A stretch of DNA of 64,000 bases from Nitrososphaerota archaeon. Its GTDB lineage: Archaea > Thermoproteota > Nitrososphaeria > PSMU01. The stretch's first letter is position 1, and every line of letters starts with the position of its first letter. The notes beneath the pieces are model-generated. The model saw nothing but the letters and a program-made list of their open reading frames with translations. It was not told the origin of the DNA and made no database searches. Both the position numbers and the translations under genes were made by a program. Below are positions 1 to 13,812 of this stretch, in pieces. The DNA is taken from the NCBI GenBank assembly GCA_040290255.1, contig PSMU01000001.1:96001-160000 (forward strand), written 5' to 3'.

Positions 1-38
1 CCCTTACCTGTTCGCTACAAAGCCCTCGCGCATGAGAT

Positions 39-130
39 TGGTGGGGTCGGTGGGATTTGAACCCACGATCACGGGCGTTCCCGTCGATAGATCCCGAGGC
101 CCGCAGCTTACCATGCTAGCCCACGACCCC
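39..130 (-). tRNA. tRNA-Pro(CGG), 15-nt intron at 37/38 (78-92), CCA encoded
   Basis: Reverse complement GGGGTCG...CGGGC CT CGG G[ATCTATCGACGGGAA]C GCCCG...TTCAAAT...CGACCCC A CCA; BHB CTCG GG^A / CGGG AA^C. Confidence 0.93.
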
Positions 131-180
131 GAGAATCATGTAAGAGATAAGGTTAAAACTTTTCCTCCTATGATGCTGCC

Positions 181-270
181 GCCCCGGTAGCTCAGGAGGT
201 TAGAGCGCGGCACTGGTAATGCCGAGAGGTATGGCCCGGCAAGTCGCGGGTTCGAATCCCGCCCGGGGCT
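181..270 (+). tRNA. tRNA-Thr(GGT), 16-nt non-canonical intron at 45/46 (227-242)
   Basis: GCCCCGG acceptor; CGGCA CT GGT AA TGCCG anticodon arm; variable loop AG[AGGTATGGCCCGGCAA]GTC; relaxed BHB GCCG AG^A / CGGC AA^G. Confidence 0.9.
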
Positions 271-291
271 GGAATTGTCTCCTTGGCCACG

Positions 292-307
292 GAAAAAGCT
301 TATTAAG
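292..307 (+). promoter_or_regulatory. BRE/TATA promoter of rRNA operon
   Basis: GAAAAAGC-TTATTAAG upstream of the structured pre-rRNA leader. Confidence 0.55.
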
Positions 308-438
308 CTGGCCGATGTTCAACGTGATTGCACGTCGGCGGCTCAGGGCCAAGTGAGGATGCAATCCTAGCGGTGAGGCTCTGACCTCCAGACGTGCAGA
401 CAATAATGCAGGCATAACCCGTGAGGGTTATGTCCAAG

Positions 439-2009
<1,571 letters not shown>

Positions 2010-2072
2010 AGGTAGATGCAGCCTGTTAGCGCAGCGCTAATAGGCGAAGGGCGGAGTGCATGTGCACGATTA

Positions 2073-5182
<3,110 letters not shown>

Positions 5183-5233
5183 GGATATTTTTTAGGGAAA
5201 CAGATAATTAGGTCCGCTCCAATTAGAGGAGCT

Positions 5234-5530
5234 GGGCGGGGTGCCGGGCAGGCGCGGGCAAAATGCCCGAGGAACCTCCCCACTCCACGCGGGCCGCGCA
5301 ACCCCGAGAGGGGGGGTCCGAAAGGACCCGGCCGCCACAGAAATGGCACCTCCTGCCGACGGGATGAGGATGATGGCGTCAAGCCTGCAGACGTGTGCGG
5401 GAGGGTGAAACAGGCGCGCCTGCGCGAGCAAGGCCAAGCAGGGCCCATGAGGGGGCCCGAGGAGGCCCGGGTAGGCCGCTAAGATGAATGCCTGCCTAGG
5501 AACAGGATGGGGGGTACGAGCACCACGCCC
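5234..5530 (+). ncRNA. rnpB: RNase P RNA
   Basis: P1 GGGCGGGGTGC/GCACCACGCCC; GAGGAACCTCCCC, ACAGAAA, TGAAAC, GAGCAAGGCC and AACAGGATGGGGGGTAC conserved regions. Confidence 0.92.
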
Positions 5531-5542
5531 TTAACCCTTGGC

Positions 5543-6388
5543 CTACAGTAGCGAGAGCAACGTCATGATATCTTCCTTATACTCCTGCCATTCCCTTACG
5601 GGGGTCTCAAGTATCATTGGCAGCCGCCTCAGAGCCCGCTGCTGCAGAATATTCCTGAACCCCCTTAGCCCAATATAGCCCTTACCTATTCGCTCATGCC
5701 TATCCAGCCCGGACCCAATAGCGGCCCTCGAATCGTTCAAATGTAGCACCTTAACCCTGTCGAAGTCACAGAGCTCATCTATCTGGCGGAGAAGGGCATT
5801 AAGCGCCTTTTCAGATCTTAGCTCATAGCCAGCCTGAAAGAGGTGGCAGGTATCAAGGCAGAGGCCCACTCGCTCCTCGCCTATGGCCGAGAGTATCCGT
5901 GCTATATCTTCTAGCTTGGAGCCCATGCTGTTAGCCTGTCCGCTCATGTTTTCCAACAGCAATATGACCCTTCCATCAAAGGAGTCGAGCACCTTCTTAC
6001 AGCCCGAGACCAGACGTTCAAAGCCCTTATCGAACCCGGTCCCTAGGTGGCTGCCTATGTGAAGCACAAGATAGGGTATCCCAAGCGCTTCACACCTCTC
6101 CAGCTCGTCCTTGACAGCCATAATCGAGAGTTCATGTACTTTTTCATCTGGGCTTGCCAGATTAGGCAAGTAGGAGGCATGGGCCACTAGCGCCAAGCCC
6201 GTCTTTCTGGCGGCCTCCTTAAACAGCTCCACTTCTTGGGCGTCTAGGGGCGCAGCCCTCCATCCTCGCGGATTTCTGGTGAAGATCTGTACAACCGCGC
6301 AGTTTATTTCGGTGGCGCGCTCAAGGGCCTTATGGAGGCCCCCTGCTATGGGCAGGTGAGCGCCCAAGAGCAACCGCTCGTCGGGCAA
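5543..6388 (-). CDS. nfo: Endonuclease IV (AP endonuclease)
   Basis: GAHL, QIFTRNPR, HASY, LENM, DTCH, HLNDS, DRHE, ETP motifs. Confidence 0.95.
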   Translation of the reverse strand: MPDERLLLGAHLPIAGGLHKALERATEINCAVVQIFTRNPRGWRAAPLDAQEVELFKEAARKTGLALVAHASYLPNLASPDEKVHELSIMAVKDELERCEALGIPYLVLHIGSHLGTGFDKGFERLVSGCKKVLDSFDGRVILLLENMSGQANSMGSKLEDIARILSAIGEERVGLCLDTCHLFQAGYELRSEKALNALLRQIDELCDFDRVKVLHLNDSRAAIGSGLDRHERIGKGYIGLRGFRNILQQRALRRLPMILETPVREWQEYKEDIMTLLSLL

Positions 6389-6432
6389 GGCGCACTTATG
6401 TCGGTCTTACAATAATTAATATTATGTTGGCC

Positions 6433-7533
6433 TTATGGGACAAGGGCGGGCACCCTCGCCTTAGCGGCCAGGCGCGCCCTTAGGATTTCGCCCAACTTCT
6501 CAAGCCCCTGGCCCGTTACGGCCGAGACAACGACGTATGTTTTATCGCTGGGCAGCAGCGCGCTGACCTTTTTTTCGATCTCATCCAGAGGCATGAGGTC
6601 CGCCTTTGTAAATACCGTAATGAGCCTATCCTGAGGGATTCCGATGCCCCCCAGCGTTGACCAGGAGACATGCAGCTTCATGGCCAGCTCAGGCTCCGGG
6701 TCGGTGCTATCTACCAGCAGCAGCACTAGGTCCGCGAAGTTAAGCTCCTCTAATATCGAGCGAAAGGCTTCGATCATATACGTTGGAAGGCGCTTTATGA
6801 AGCCTATGGTGTCCATCGCGTAAAACTTGAGGCCCATTAGCTCCGCTACTCGAAGATATGAAGTCAGAGTCGTAAAACTGCCCAGCCCGACGGGCATCGC
6901 CTCACGCGTAAGCCGATTGAAGAGCGTGGTCTTGCCGGCTCCTGTATAGCCAACAAGCGCCACCAAAGGCAGCTTGAGCCTTCTGCTCTGCCTATTTACT
7001 TCCCTGTGGCGCCTGACCTCTTCAAGCTCTTGCTTTAGCTTAGTGGCCTGCCTCTTGATCATCCTATAATAGACCTCTACATCGTACTTGCCCAACCCCC
7101 TGAAGCCGGGCTGCTCGCCCAGCTTGGCCAACCTGACCTTCTCTCTTGCCCTGGACATCTCATAGCGCAACTCAGCAAGCTTAACCTGCAGCTTCGCCTC
7201 CTTCGTTTTTGCCCTTCTCCAGAAGATGTTCAAAATCAATCTCTCCCTATCGATGACTTCCACGCCGACTACCTTCGCCAAATTATAGAGTTGCACGGGC
7301 CTTAGGTGCTCATCCACCACGAGCAGCTCGGCCCCGCTGGCCTTTACCAGCTCCTTGATCTCTTCAAGCTTACCTGCGCTCACGCCGTAGGGGCCTAGGC
7401 CGAGCTTATCTCTTACCATTAAGGCTACCGGCTCATAAAGCGCTGCGCTACAAAGCTCTATTATCTCCTCTATGGCCGAGGGGCTGTTGTAGGTCAGGGC
7501 TACTACCCTCGGTACGGGGCCTGGGCTCGTCAA
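6433..7533 (-). CDS. hflX: GTPase HflX
   Basis: LILNIF..RA.TKEAKLQV.LA.L.Y; GYTGAGKTT; DTIGFI. Confidence 0.93.
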   Translation of the reverse strand: MTSPGPVPRVVALTYNSPSAIEEIIELCSAALYEPVALMVRDKLGLGPYGVSAGKLEEIKELVKASGAELLVVDEHLRPVQLYNLAKVVGVEVIDRERLILNIFWRRAKTKEAKLQVKLAELRYEMSRAREKVRLAKLGEQPGFRGLGKYDVEVYYRMIKRQATKLKQELEEVRRHREVNRQSRRLKLPLVALVGYTGAGKTTLFNRLTREAMPVGLGSFTTLTSYLRVAELMGLKFYAMDTIGFIKRLPTYMIEAFRSILEELNFADLVLLLVDSTDPEPELAMKLHVSWSTLGGIGIPQDRLITVFTKADLMPLDEIEKKVSALLPSDKTYVVVSAVTGQGLEKLGEILRARLAAKARVPALVP

Positions 7534-7928
7534 GCCTCCTCTTCCGTGAGGAGCCTGATCTTAAGCACGCGCTCTAATTTCCTGGCCAACTCCAGCGTTG
7601 GCCTCAGCTTACCGCGTTCTATAAGGCTTATCACGGATGCCTTTTCGCCCACTAGCCCTCCCAGTTGATCTTGGCGCATCCCTAGCTTTTCGCGCGCCGA
7701 TTTTACTAACTCTGGGTACTCGGGTCGCAGACCGAGCTCGGCCTTGGTGGATATCTCCAGCGGAGCGGGGAGGCTTCTATTCCGCTTTCGTTCTGCCTTG
7801 ACCTGCTTGGCCACGACCGGCGTTCCAAGCTTACTGCATGATGCGCATGCGGCCAATATGGCACCCTCTATCTGAACGAGTATGGCCTCGCCTAGTACCT
7901 TCGTGCCGCATATCTCACAGGTGGCCAA
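7530..7928 (-). CDS. mbf1: Archaeal multiprotein bridging factor aMBF1 (probable TTG start)
   Basis: CEICG...CASC zinc ribbon plus C-terminal HTH (AREKLG...IERG.L.P). Confidence 0.9.
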   Translation of the reverse strand: MATCEICGTKVLGEAILVQIEGAILAACASCSKLGTPVVAKQVKAERKRNRSLPAPLEISTKAELGLRPEYPELVKSAREKLGMRQDQLGGLVGEKASVISLIERGKLRPTLELARKLERVLKIRLLTEEEA

Positions 7929-7987
7929 ACTGCGCTTAGTTCGTAAGCAACTAAGTAACATTAAAGCGTTCTGCCTTTAGAGGGTTC

Positions 7988-8443
7988 GTGCTCGAAGAGC
8001 TGCAGGTTAAAGCTATGCTCTGCTACCTCTTTGGATCGCGCGCCAAAGAGATCGATATGCAAGGGTGGTCCTTTGAGAGGTCTAAGAGGACGGGTAGGCT
8101 AAAGTATGTTAGGAATGCTGAGGGCAAGCTGCTCTTCGTCGTACGGGAGGACGGAACGATGGCTCCAACCTTGGACGGGGCCCGCGTTTTGTTGAAGCAT
8201 GGCGCGATGACAGACTGCTCTGTCATTGTAGGCGAGCAAGGAATGCAGCGTCTTGTGAGGGGATACAACGTGCTTGCCGCCCAGCTTGAGGGCGTAGGAA
8301 AGGGGATAAGGCCCAAGAGCGACGTGATAATTTTAGATAAAAGCGGGAACGTCCGCGGCGTTGGAAGAGCCGTCCTCTCGGCACACCAGCTTAAATTTAT
8401 AAGATATGGAATCGCCGTCAAGGTTAGAAGGGTGGAGGCGTAA
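7988..8443 (+). CDS. PUA-domain RNA-binding protein
   Basis: RTGRLKYV, PTLDGA, GVGRAVLS...GIAVKVR. Confidence 0.8.
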   Translation: MLEELQVKAMLCYLFGSRAKEIDMQGWSFERSKRTGRLKYVRNAEGKLLFVVREDGTMAPTLDGARVLLKHGAMTDCSVIVGEQGMQRLVRGYNVLAAQLEGVGKGIRPKSDVIILDKSGNVRGVGRAVLSAHQLKFIRYGIAVKVRRVEA

Positions 8444-8444
8444 C

Positions 8445-8810
8445 TTGAAGCCGCTCGCTTGGAACAGGGAGATGAGAAGGGCAATAGAAAGGATGGGGAT
8501 GAACTTCACGCCTCTAGAAGGTGTGAAGGAAGTGATCATCCGCACTAACGATCGCGAAATACTGATCAAAAAGGCGGCAGTAAACTATCTTTTATTTAAC
8601 GAAATCAAGATCTATCAGGTAATGGCGGAGGAGGTTGAGGAGAGGGGGCTCCAGGCCAAGCAACCGGAAGAGCGATTACCCGAAGAGGATGTGGAGCTCG
8701 TCGCCGCCAAGGCCGGCGTCGCCAAGGAGGTGGCCAGGGAGGCGTTGCGAAAGACTAAAGGGGATTTGGCGGAGGCCATCCTTTTGCTAAAGGGTGGACG
8801 GCAAGCATAG
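8445..8810 (+). CDS. nac: Nascent polypeptide-associated complex protein
   Basis: REMRR..ERMG...V.EVII; UBA-like EEDVELVA...GDLAEAIL. Confidence 0.92.
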   Translation: MKPLAWNREMRRAIERMGMNFTPLEGVKEVIIRTNDREILIKKAAVNYLLFNEIKIYQVMAEEVEERGLQAKQPEERLPEEDVELVAAKAGVAKEVAREALRKTKGDLAEAILLLKGGRQA

Positions 8811-8949
8811 GGTGCCGCGCTATAAGGTCTCTTAATCTGTTCTCGTGACCATTAGACGACCTGCTAACTATCTTCTCTGGCTATGAGAGCGGAGCAAGAA
8901 ACCTTTATAAAGACCCTTTATGGCAAAGCCCCAAACGGTGATGTGATAT

Positions 8950-10578
8950 ATGTCGGCTACTCAAGCAGGGATACCGGTCTTAATCTTAAAGGAGAGCGCG
9001 CAGAGAACTAAGGGCCGCGAAGCCCAGCTCAACAACATCACGGCCGCTCGTCTTGTTGCAGAACTAATTAAGACGACGCTGGGTCCCAGAGGTATGGATA
9101 AGATGTTGGTAACAAGCTTGGGCGACATTACAATCACAAACGACGGGGCATCAATTATGAAAGAGCTAGACTTGCAGCATCCTGCGGCCAAGATTTTGGT
9201 GGAAGTCGCCAAGACACAAGATAATGAGGTAGGAGATGGGACCACGAGCGTTGTCATCCTAGCGGGAGAGCTGCTGGCCAACGCAGAAAAGCTGCTCAAC
9301 CAGAACATACATCCTCGGATAATCGTTGAGGGCTACAAGCTGGCCGCCGCTAAATGCACCGCCTTATTAGAGGAGATCGCCTTGCCCGTAGGAATCGATG
9401 AGGACGACAAGCTTAGAAAGATAGCTGCCACTTCCATGAGAAGTAAAGGTGTAGCTACGGCTAGGGAGTATCTGGCTGAGCTTGCTGTGCAGGCCGTGAA
9501 ACAGGTACATGAGGTCATCAACGGCAAAATTAAGGCGGACATAGATAGGATAAAGATCGTGAAGAAGCACGGCAAGAGCCTCCTTGAGAGCGAGTTGGTT
9601 AAGGGCATCGTCATCGATAAGGAAATAGCGCATGCCCAGATGCCTAAGCGTGTCGCAGGTGCTAAGATCGCTTTGGTTAACCAGAAGTTCGAGATAGAGA
9701 AGCCGGAAATAAGTGCCGAAATAAGGATAACGAGCCCAGAGCAGATTAAGGCCTTTTTGGACGAGGAGACCAAGATCCTAAGGGAAATGGTCGACAAGGT
9801 CGCATCCGTGAGTGCGAACGTTCTCTTCTGCGAGAAGGGAATGGACGACATAGCCCTTCATTACTTGGCCAAGAGGGGCATCTTGGCCGTCAAGAACGTC
9901 AGCAGCAGCGATATGGAGAAGTTGGCGAAGGCTACAGGCGCTAAAATCGTCAGCAATGTTAACGACCTGACGCCGGAGTTCCTAGGGGAGGCAGGCCTTG
10001 TAGAGGAGCTAAAGGTGGGCGACTCAAAGCTCATCTATGTAAGGGAATGCAAGAATCCGCGCGCCGTAACGGTGGTGCTGAGGGGAGGCAGCGAACACGT
10101 AGTCTCCGAGGCGGAAAGGTCCTTCCATGATGCTCTCTGCGTGGTAAGGGATGCCATTGAGGATGGCAAGTACGTAGCAGGAGGGGGTGCCGTCGAGGCT
10201 GAGCTGGCCGCTAAAGTAAGGGAGTACGCCATCCAAGTTGGCGGGAGGCAGCAACTGGCGATAGAGGCCTTTGCGGAGGCCCTTGAGTCCATACCGCTGA
10301 CCTTAGCGGAGAATGCTGGCTTAGACCCTCTGGACATCCTAGTTAAGATAAGAGCTGCTCATGCAGATCCTAAAGGAAAATGGATGGGCGTGGACGTCTT
10401 TAGCGGCGATATAAAGGATATGCTGCTCCTGAACGTCGTGGAGCCCCTTAGAGTTAAACTCCACCTCGTGAAGGCTGCAACTGAGGCCGCTACCATGATT
10501 TTAAGGATCGATGACATCGTGGTAGCCAAGCCAATGAAGGAAGGCAAAGAAAAAGAGAAGGAGAAGACTGAGAGCTAG
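8950..10578 (+). CDS. ths: Thermosome (group II chaperonin) subunit
   Basis: [20 protein letters not shown]; GGTGA SD upstream. Confidence 0.98.
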   Translation: MSATQAGIPVLILKESAQRTKGREAQLNNITAARLVAELIKTTLGPRGMDKMLVTSLGDITITNDGASIMKELDLQHPAAKILVEVAKTQDNEVGDGTTSVVILAGELLANAEKLLNQNIHPRIIVEGYKLAAAKCTALLEEIALPVGIDEDDKLRKIAATSMRSKGVATAREYLAELAVQAVKQVHEVINGKIKADIDRIKIVKKHGKSLLESELVKGIVIDKEIAHAQMPKRVAGAKIALVNQKFEIEKPEISAEIRITSPEQIKAFLDEETKILREMVDKVASVSANVLFCEKGMDDIALHYLAKRGILAVKNVSSSDMEKLAKATGAKIVSNVNDLTPEFLGEAGLVEELKVGDSKLIYVRECKNPRAVTVVLRGGSEHVVSEAERSFHDALCVVRDAIEDGKYVAGGGAVEAELAAKVREYAIQVGGRQQLAIEAFAEALESIPLTLAENAGLDPLDILVKIRAAHADPKGKWMGVDVFSGDIKDMLLLNVVEPLRVKLHLVKAATEAATMILRIDDIVVAKPMKEGKEKEKEKTES

Positions 10579-10679
10579 GTCTCCAGCTCTCTAAGTTTTT
10601 CGACTTTTCCTTTCTTGACGAAGCGAGGTAGTTTTCTAATTATACCCTTTAGTACCTTAATCCCTTGACCATAGCTAAG

Positions 10680-10798
10680 TCGCCGGCACCGCTGCTTCCC
10701 GAGGGCATGCGCACCTCAGTACAACAGCGGCGACGCGTGGTTTCACTTCCGGGTTCGGTATGAGACCGGGTGGAGCCCACGCGCTATGGCCGGCTTGA
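10680..10798 (-). rRNA. rrf: 5S rRNA (unlinked from 16S-23S)
   Basis: Reverse complement GCCGGCCATAGC...CCCGGTCTCATACCGAACCCGGAAGTGAAACC...GCCGGC. Confidence 0.93.
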
Positions 10799-10884
10799 CC
10801 TAGCCTAGGTGTAGCCGCTTAAAAGTGTTTGGCCCAGAAGAGTTAAAAGAGACCGCCGCCAAACCCCACCGTAAAGTGTCAGGC

Positions 10885-11994
10885 GTGATCGCTCTCCAGC
10901 TGCTCCCTTCGGGGAATGAGAACATCCTCATGCAGATCTTACTGATAATAATCACTATGTCTCTCCTCATTCTTTACGGCGGAAGACTCCAGCTGCAGAT
11001 ATCACTCATGCAGCTCAGCAGTGCCTTAAACAAACTTAAGCATATTCGCGACGCTTCGAAGCGGGAAGTAGTGAATCACTTGAAAGACCAAGGCCAAGAG
11101 GGAATAAACGTCGATGAGGCCGTCGATAAATTCATAGAGTACTTCGTCGTCTATCCCGTCGACATAGAGCCGACGGGCTTGGTGAGCAAGATCGAATTCA
11201 TCTTTAATCAGCATGACGAAAGATTGAGGTACGAGGTAGCTCAATTAGTCAAAGACAAGAGCGACGTTAACGTAAGTAAGCTGGTAAATATGGTTGAAGT
11301 GGCGACGGCCCTAAACCAGTATTATAAGGTAGTGAGGCATTATTACCTGCTCAGTAAGAAAACCTCTTCCCTGCTTTATGTTATAACACTACAGAACCAG
11401 ATGCCGCAGATATTACAGGAGGCCAGCGCGCTGTTGAGCGCGTTAGAGGCGTTCAAGGCTGGCCAACCTATCGGCGATAGCATAGGACCCATCGTTGTCG
11501 GCAGGCTGATGTATAACCGCGAGAGAGTCAAGATAGAGAAGGACACAGTGATGAGTCAGGTAGAATATAAGGGCAGGCAGCTATACTTGCTGAAGGCAGA
11601 AGGCCCGGGAGGCAATGTAGGAGATATGGGAAACGCTACCCTCAAGCTAGTTAACATGTTGCCTGTTAGGCCGAGTGTGGTCATCATGATAGATGCGGCT
11701 TTGAAGCTTGAGGGTGAGGCGTCAGGCTCTATAGCTGAGGGCACCGGGGCGGTAATAGGTGGGCTTGGTACCGATCGCTTCAAGATAGAGGAGATATGCA
11801 CCAAGTACAAGATCCCTCTCTATGGCATCGTTGTGAAGGAATCCCTTATCGAGGCCATCACAGTGATAAGAAAGGAAATCTTCGATGCCGTGGAGGGGGT
11901 AATAAAGGCGATCTACAGGGTCGTAGAGCAGCGAACTAAGGAAGGAGATAACGTCATCATCATAGGGGTAGGGAACACCATTGGCGTGCTGTAG
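10885..11994 (+). CDS. DUF1512 family protein (start uncertain)
   Basis: N-terminal TM; GQPIGDSIGP, KAEGPG, MIDAALKLEGE, GVGNTIGV. Confidence 0.85.
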   Translation: MIALQLLPSGNENILMQILLIIITMSLLILYGGRLQLQISLMQLSSALNKLKHIRDASKREVVNHLKDQGQEGINVDEAVDKFIEYFVVYPVDIEPTGLVSKIEFIFNQHDERLRYEVAQLVKDKSDVNVSKLVNMVEVATALNQYYKVVRHYYLLSKKTSSLLYVITLQNQMPQILQEASALLSALEAFKAGQPIGDSIGPIVVGRLMYNRERVKIEKDTVMSQVEYKGRQLYLLKAEGPGGNVGDMGNATLKLVNMLPVRPSVVIMIDAALKLEGEASGSIAEGTGAVIGGLGTDRFKIEEICTKYKIPLYGIVVKESLIEAITVIRKEIFDAVEGVIKAIYRVVEQRTKEGDNVIIIGVGNTIGVL

Positions 11995-11996
11995 GT

Positions 11997-12182
11997 ATGT
12001 CGAAGGATATCTTTGATAAGAAGGGGTATCGTGTATTTACCGTCGAGACCTGCTTTACCGATAACATAAATATCAAAAGAAGCTTCCAGGTGGGTGACTA
12101 TATCTACAAGGATAGCGGGGAATGTCCTAAGTGCAAATCCAAAATGGTAATAACGGCTATTTTCGCGGAAACAATCAAGTAG
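11997..12182 (+). CDS. Small conserved Zn-ribbon-like protein
   Basis: R.FQVGDYI..GECPKC....ITAIF; follows the DUF1512 gene. Confidence 0.75.
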   Translation: MSKDIFDKKGYRVFTVETCFTDNINIKRSFQVGDYIYKDSGECPKCKSKMVITAIFAETIK

Positions 12183-12188
12183 GCTGGC

Positions 12189-13079
12189 CTATGCGGTTAG
12201 TACCAATATTCCGTTATCGGTGAGCGTGATTGTATGCTCGAACTGCGCAACGACGGCCGAGTTGCTTTCCATTAGGACGGGATAAGGCCTTAAGATGCCG
12301 AGGCGGGCGAGCTGTGCTAGGCGTTGCTCCAGCTCTTTAGCTCCATAAGTGTCGATGAGCCACCTAGACGTGAAGGGTAATGTTCTGTATCTGCTCCATA
12401 TCAGCTCTTCCATTTCATTAAGTTCCGGGGCGGAAAGGCGTCGTCGAGAGACCAAGCTGTAAATCTTCGTCATTGGGAGTTCTCTAACTTGGCCTGTTCC
12501 CTCTCTCGTCGTTAGGAAGGGCTCTACTGCATATACTCCTCCGCGCTTAAGAGTTTGGCGCGCGGGAACGCGCACATTTGGGATAGTGATGCCGCCATGA
12601 ATTTGAAAACGCTCTATATTGTGGCCTCCTAAGTTGGAGATGGCTTTAAACCCGCCGCTTTTGGCCGTCGCCTCGACCAGCGCGCCTATTTCGCCCACCG
12701 TGATTCCCTCCTTTATCATTTCCAATGCGCCGCGCAGAGCCCGCTCGGTAACGGCCACGAGCTCCGCATATCTCCTCCCTAAGCTAACCGTTAGTGCAGT
12801 ATCCACGATATACCCGTCTATCTGGACGCCAAGGTCGAGCTTAACTACATCATCCGCCTGTATGCTAGCCTCATCCTCGACGCCCGCCGTATCATGCGCG
12901 GCGATATGATTTATGGAGATATTACAAGGAAATGCGGGCCTTCCGCTAAGTTTTTCAATTCGAGATTCCACATATTGGCATATGTCTAAAACCTTAGCAC
13001 CAGGTCTTATTAGGGTAACGGCCTCCTCACGTACCCTGGCCGCTATTTTCCCGGCAAATAGGTAAGCTTGGATGGACAT
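12189..13079 (-). CDS. map: Methionine aminopeptidase type II
   Basis: AFPCNIS, DLGVQIDGYIVDTA, GHNI, AVEPF, AQFEHT. Confidence 0.96.
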   Translation of the reverse strand: MSIQAYLFAGKIAARVREEAVTLIRPGAKVLDICQYVESRIEKLSGRPAFPCNISINHIAAHDTAGVEDEASIQADDVVKLDLGVQIDGYIVDTALTVSLGRRYAELVAVTERALRGALEMIKEGITVGEIGALVEATAKSGGFKAISNLGGHNIERFQIHGGITIPNVRVPARQTLKRGGVYAVEPFLTTREGTGQVRELPMTKIYSLVSRRRLSAPELNEMEELIWSRYRTLPFTSRWLIDTYGAKELEQRLAQLARLGILRPYPVLMESNSAVVAQFEHTITLTDNGILVLTA

Positions 13080-13120
13080 GTGAGGGCTTTTATCCTACTG
13101 GTTAAAAAACTTCCAAGGAC

Positions 13121-13609
13121 GTGCTGCTTAATTTGGCCACTGTCGGAGGCACCTTTGATCTTCTGCATCGTGGCCATAAGGAGCTACTGCGCGTAGCGTT
13201 TCTTTCGGCAAAGCGGGTCATCATCGGCCTGAGCAGCGATGAATTCTGCAGTTCTAGGGGCAAGAAGCCACTATGGGACTACGCTAGACGCGAACAGGCC
13301 CTAAGAGGGTACTTGGAGAATGAGTTGCATGTGACGCCAGAGAGATACAGCATAGTAAGGCTGGATGAAGCCTTCGGGCCCGCGGCCACCTTGCGTGAGC
13401 TGGAGGGAATAGTGGTGAGCACCGAAACCAAAGCCGTTGCCGAAGAGATAAACAAAGTAAGGAGCCGCATGGGGCTTCCCCCTCTTAAGATTATAGAGGT
13501 GCCTCTAGTTTTAGCTGACGATGGATTACCTATCTCATCCACCCGGATTAGGGCCGGGATAATAGACGCGGAGGGCAAGCTAGTCGGGAGGGGCCTGCAG
13601 CGCGCATAA
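13121..13609 (+). CDS. coaD: Phosphopantetheine adenylyltransferase
   Basis: GGTFDLLHRGH, VVSTET, ISSTRIR. Confidence 0.92.
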   Translation: MLLNLATVGGTFDLLHRGHKELLRVAFLSAKRVIIGLSSDEFCSSRGKKPLWDYARREQALRGYLENELHVTPERYSIVRLDEAFGPAATLRELEGIVVSTETKAVAEEINKVRSRMGLPPLKIIEVPLVLADDGLPISSTRIRAGIIDAEGKLVGRGLQRA

Positions 13610-13654
13610 AAGACCGCGAAAAACGGTTTTAAGCTTCTGACGAATGCGTGCTTT

Positions 13655-13741
13655 GGGGGGTTCCACGAACTGCACGTCCGACGGCCGCTACCCGATAAAT
13701 GAGGGCTAGCGGTGACCCAAACGTGCTACAGTGGAACCCCC
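13655..13741 (+). ncRNA. H/ACA-type guide sRNA enclosed in an extra terminal stem
   Basis: Lower stem GCACGT/ACGTGC, pocket CCGACG/GACCCAA, upper stem GCCGCTA/TAGCGGT, K-loop CCCGA-TAAA-TGAGGG, ACA 14 nt from pocket top; TTTTAAG about 25 nt upstream. Confidence 0.78.
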
Positions 13742-13812
13742 TCTTTGTAGCTTAATATGGGCAGGGCATCCGAGGGCCATAAACGCTTAATTTATCCTTT
13801 TGCGCGCTTGGC

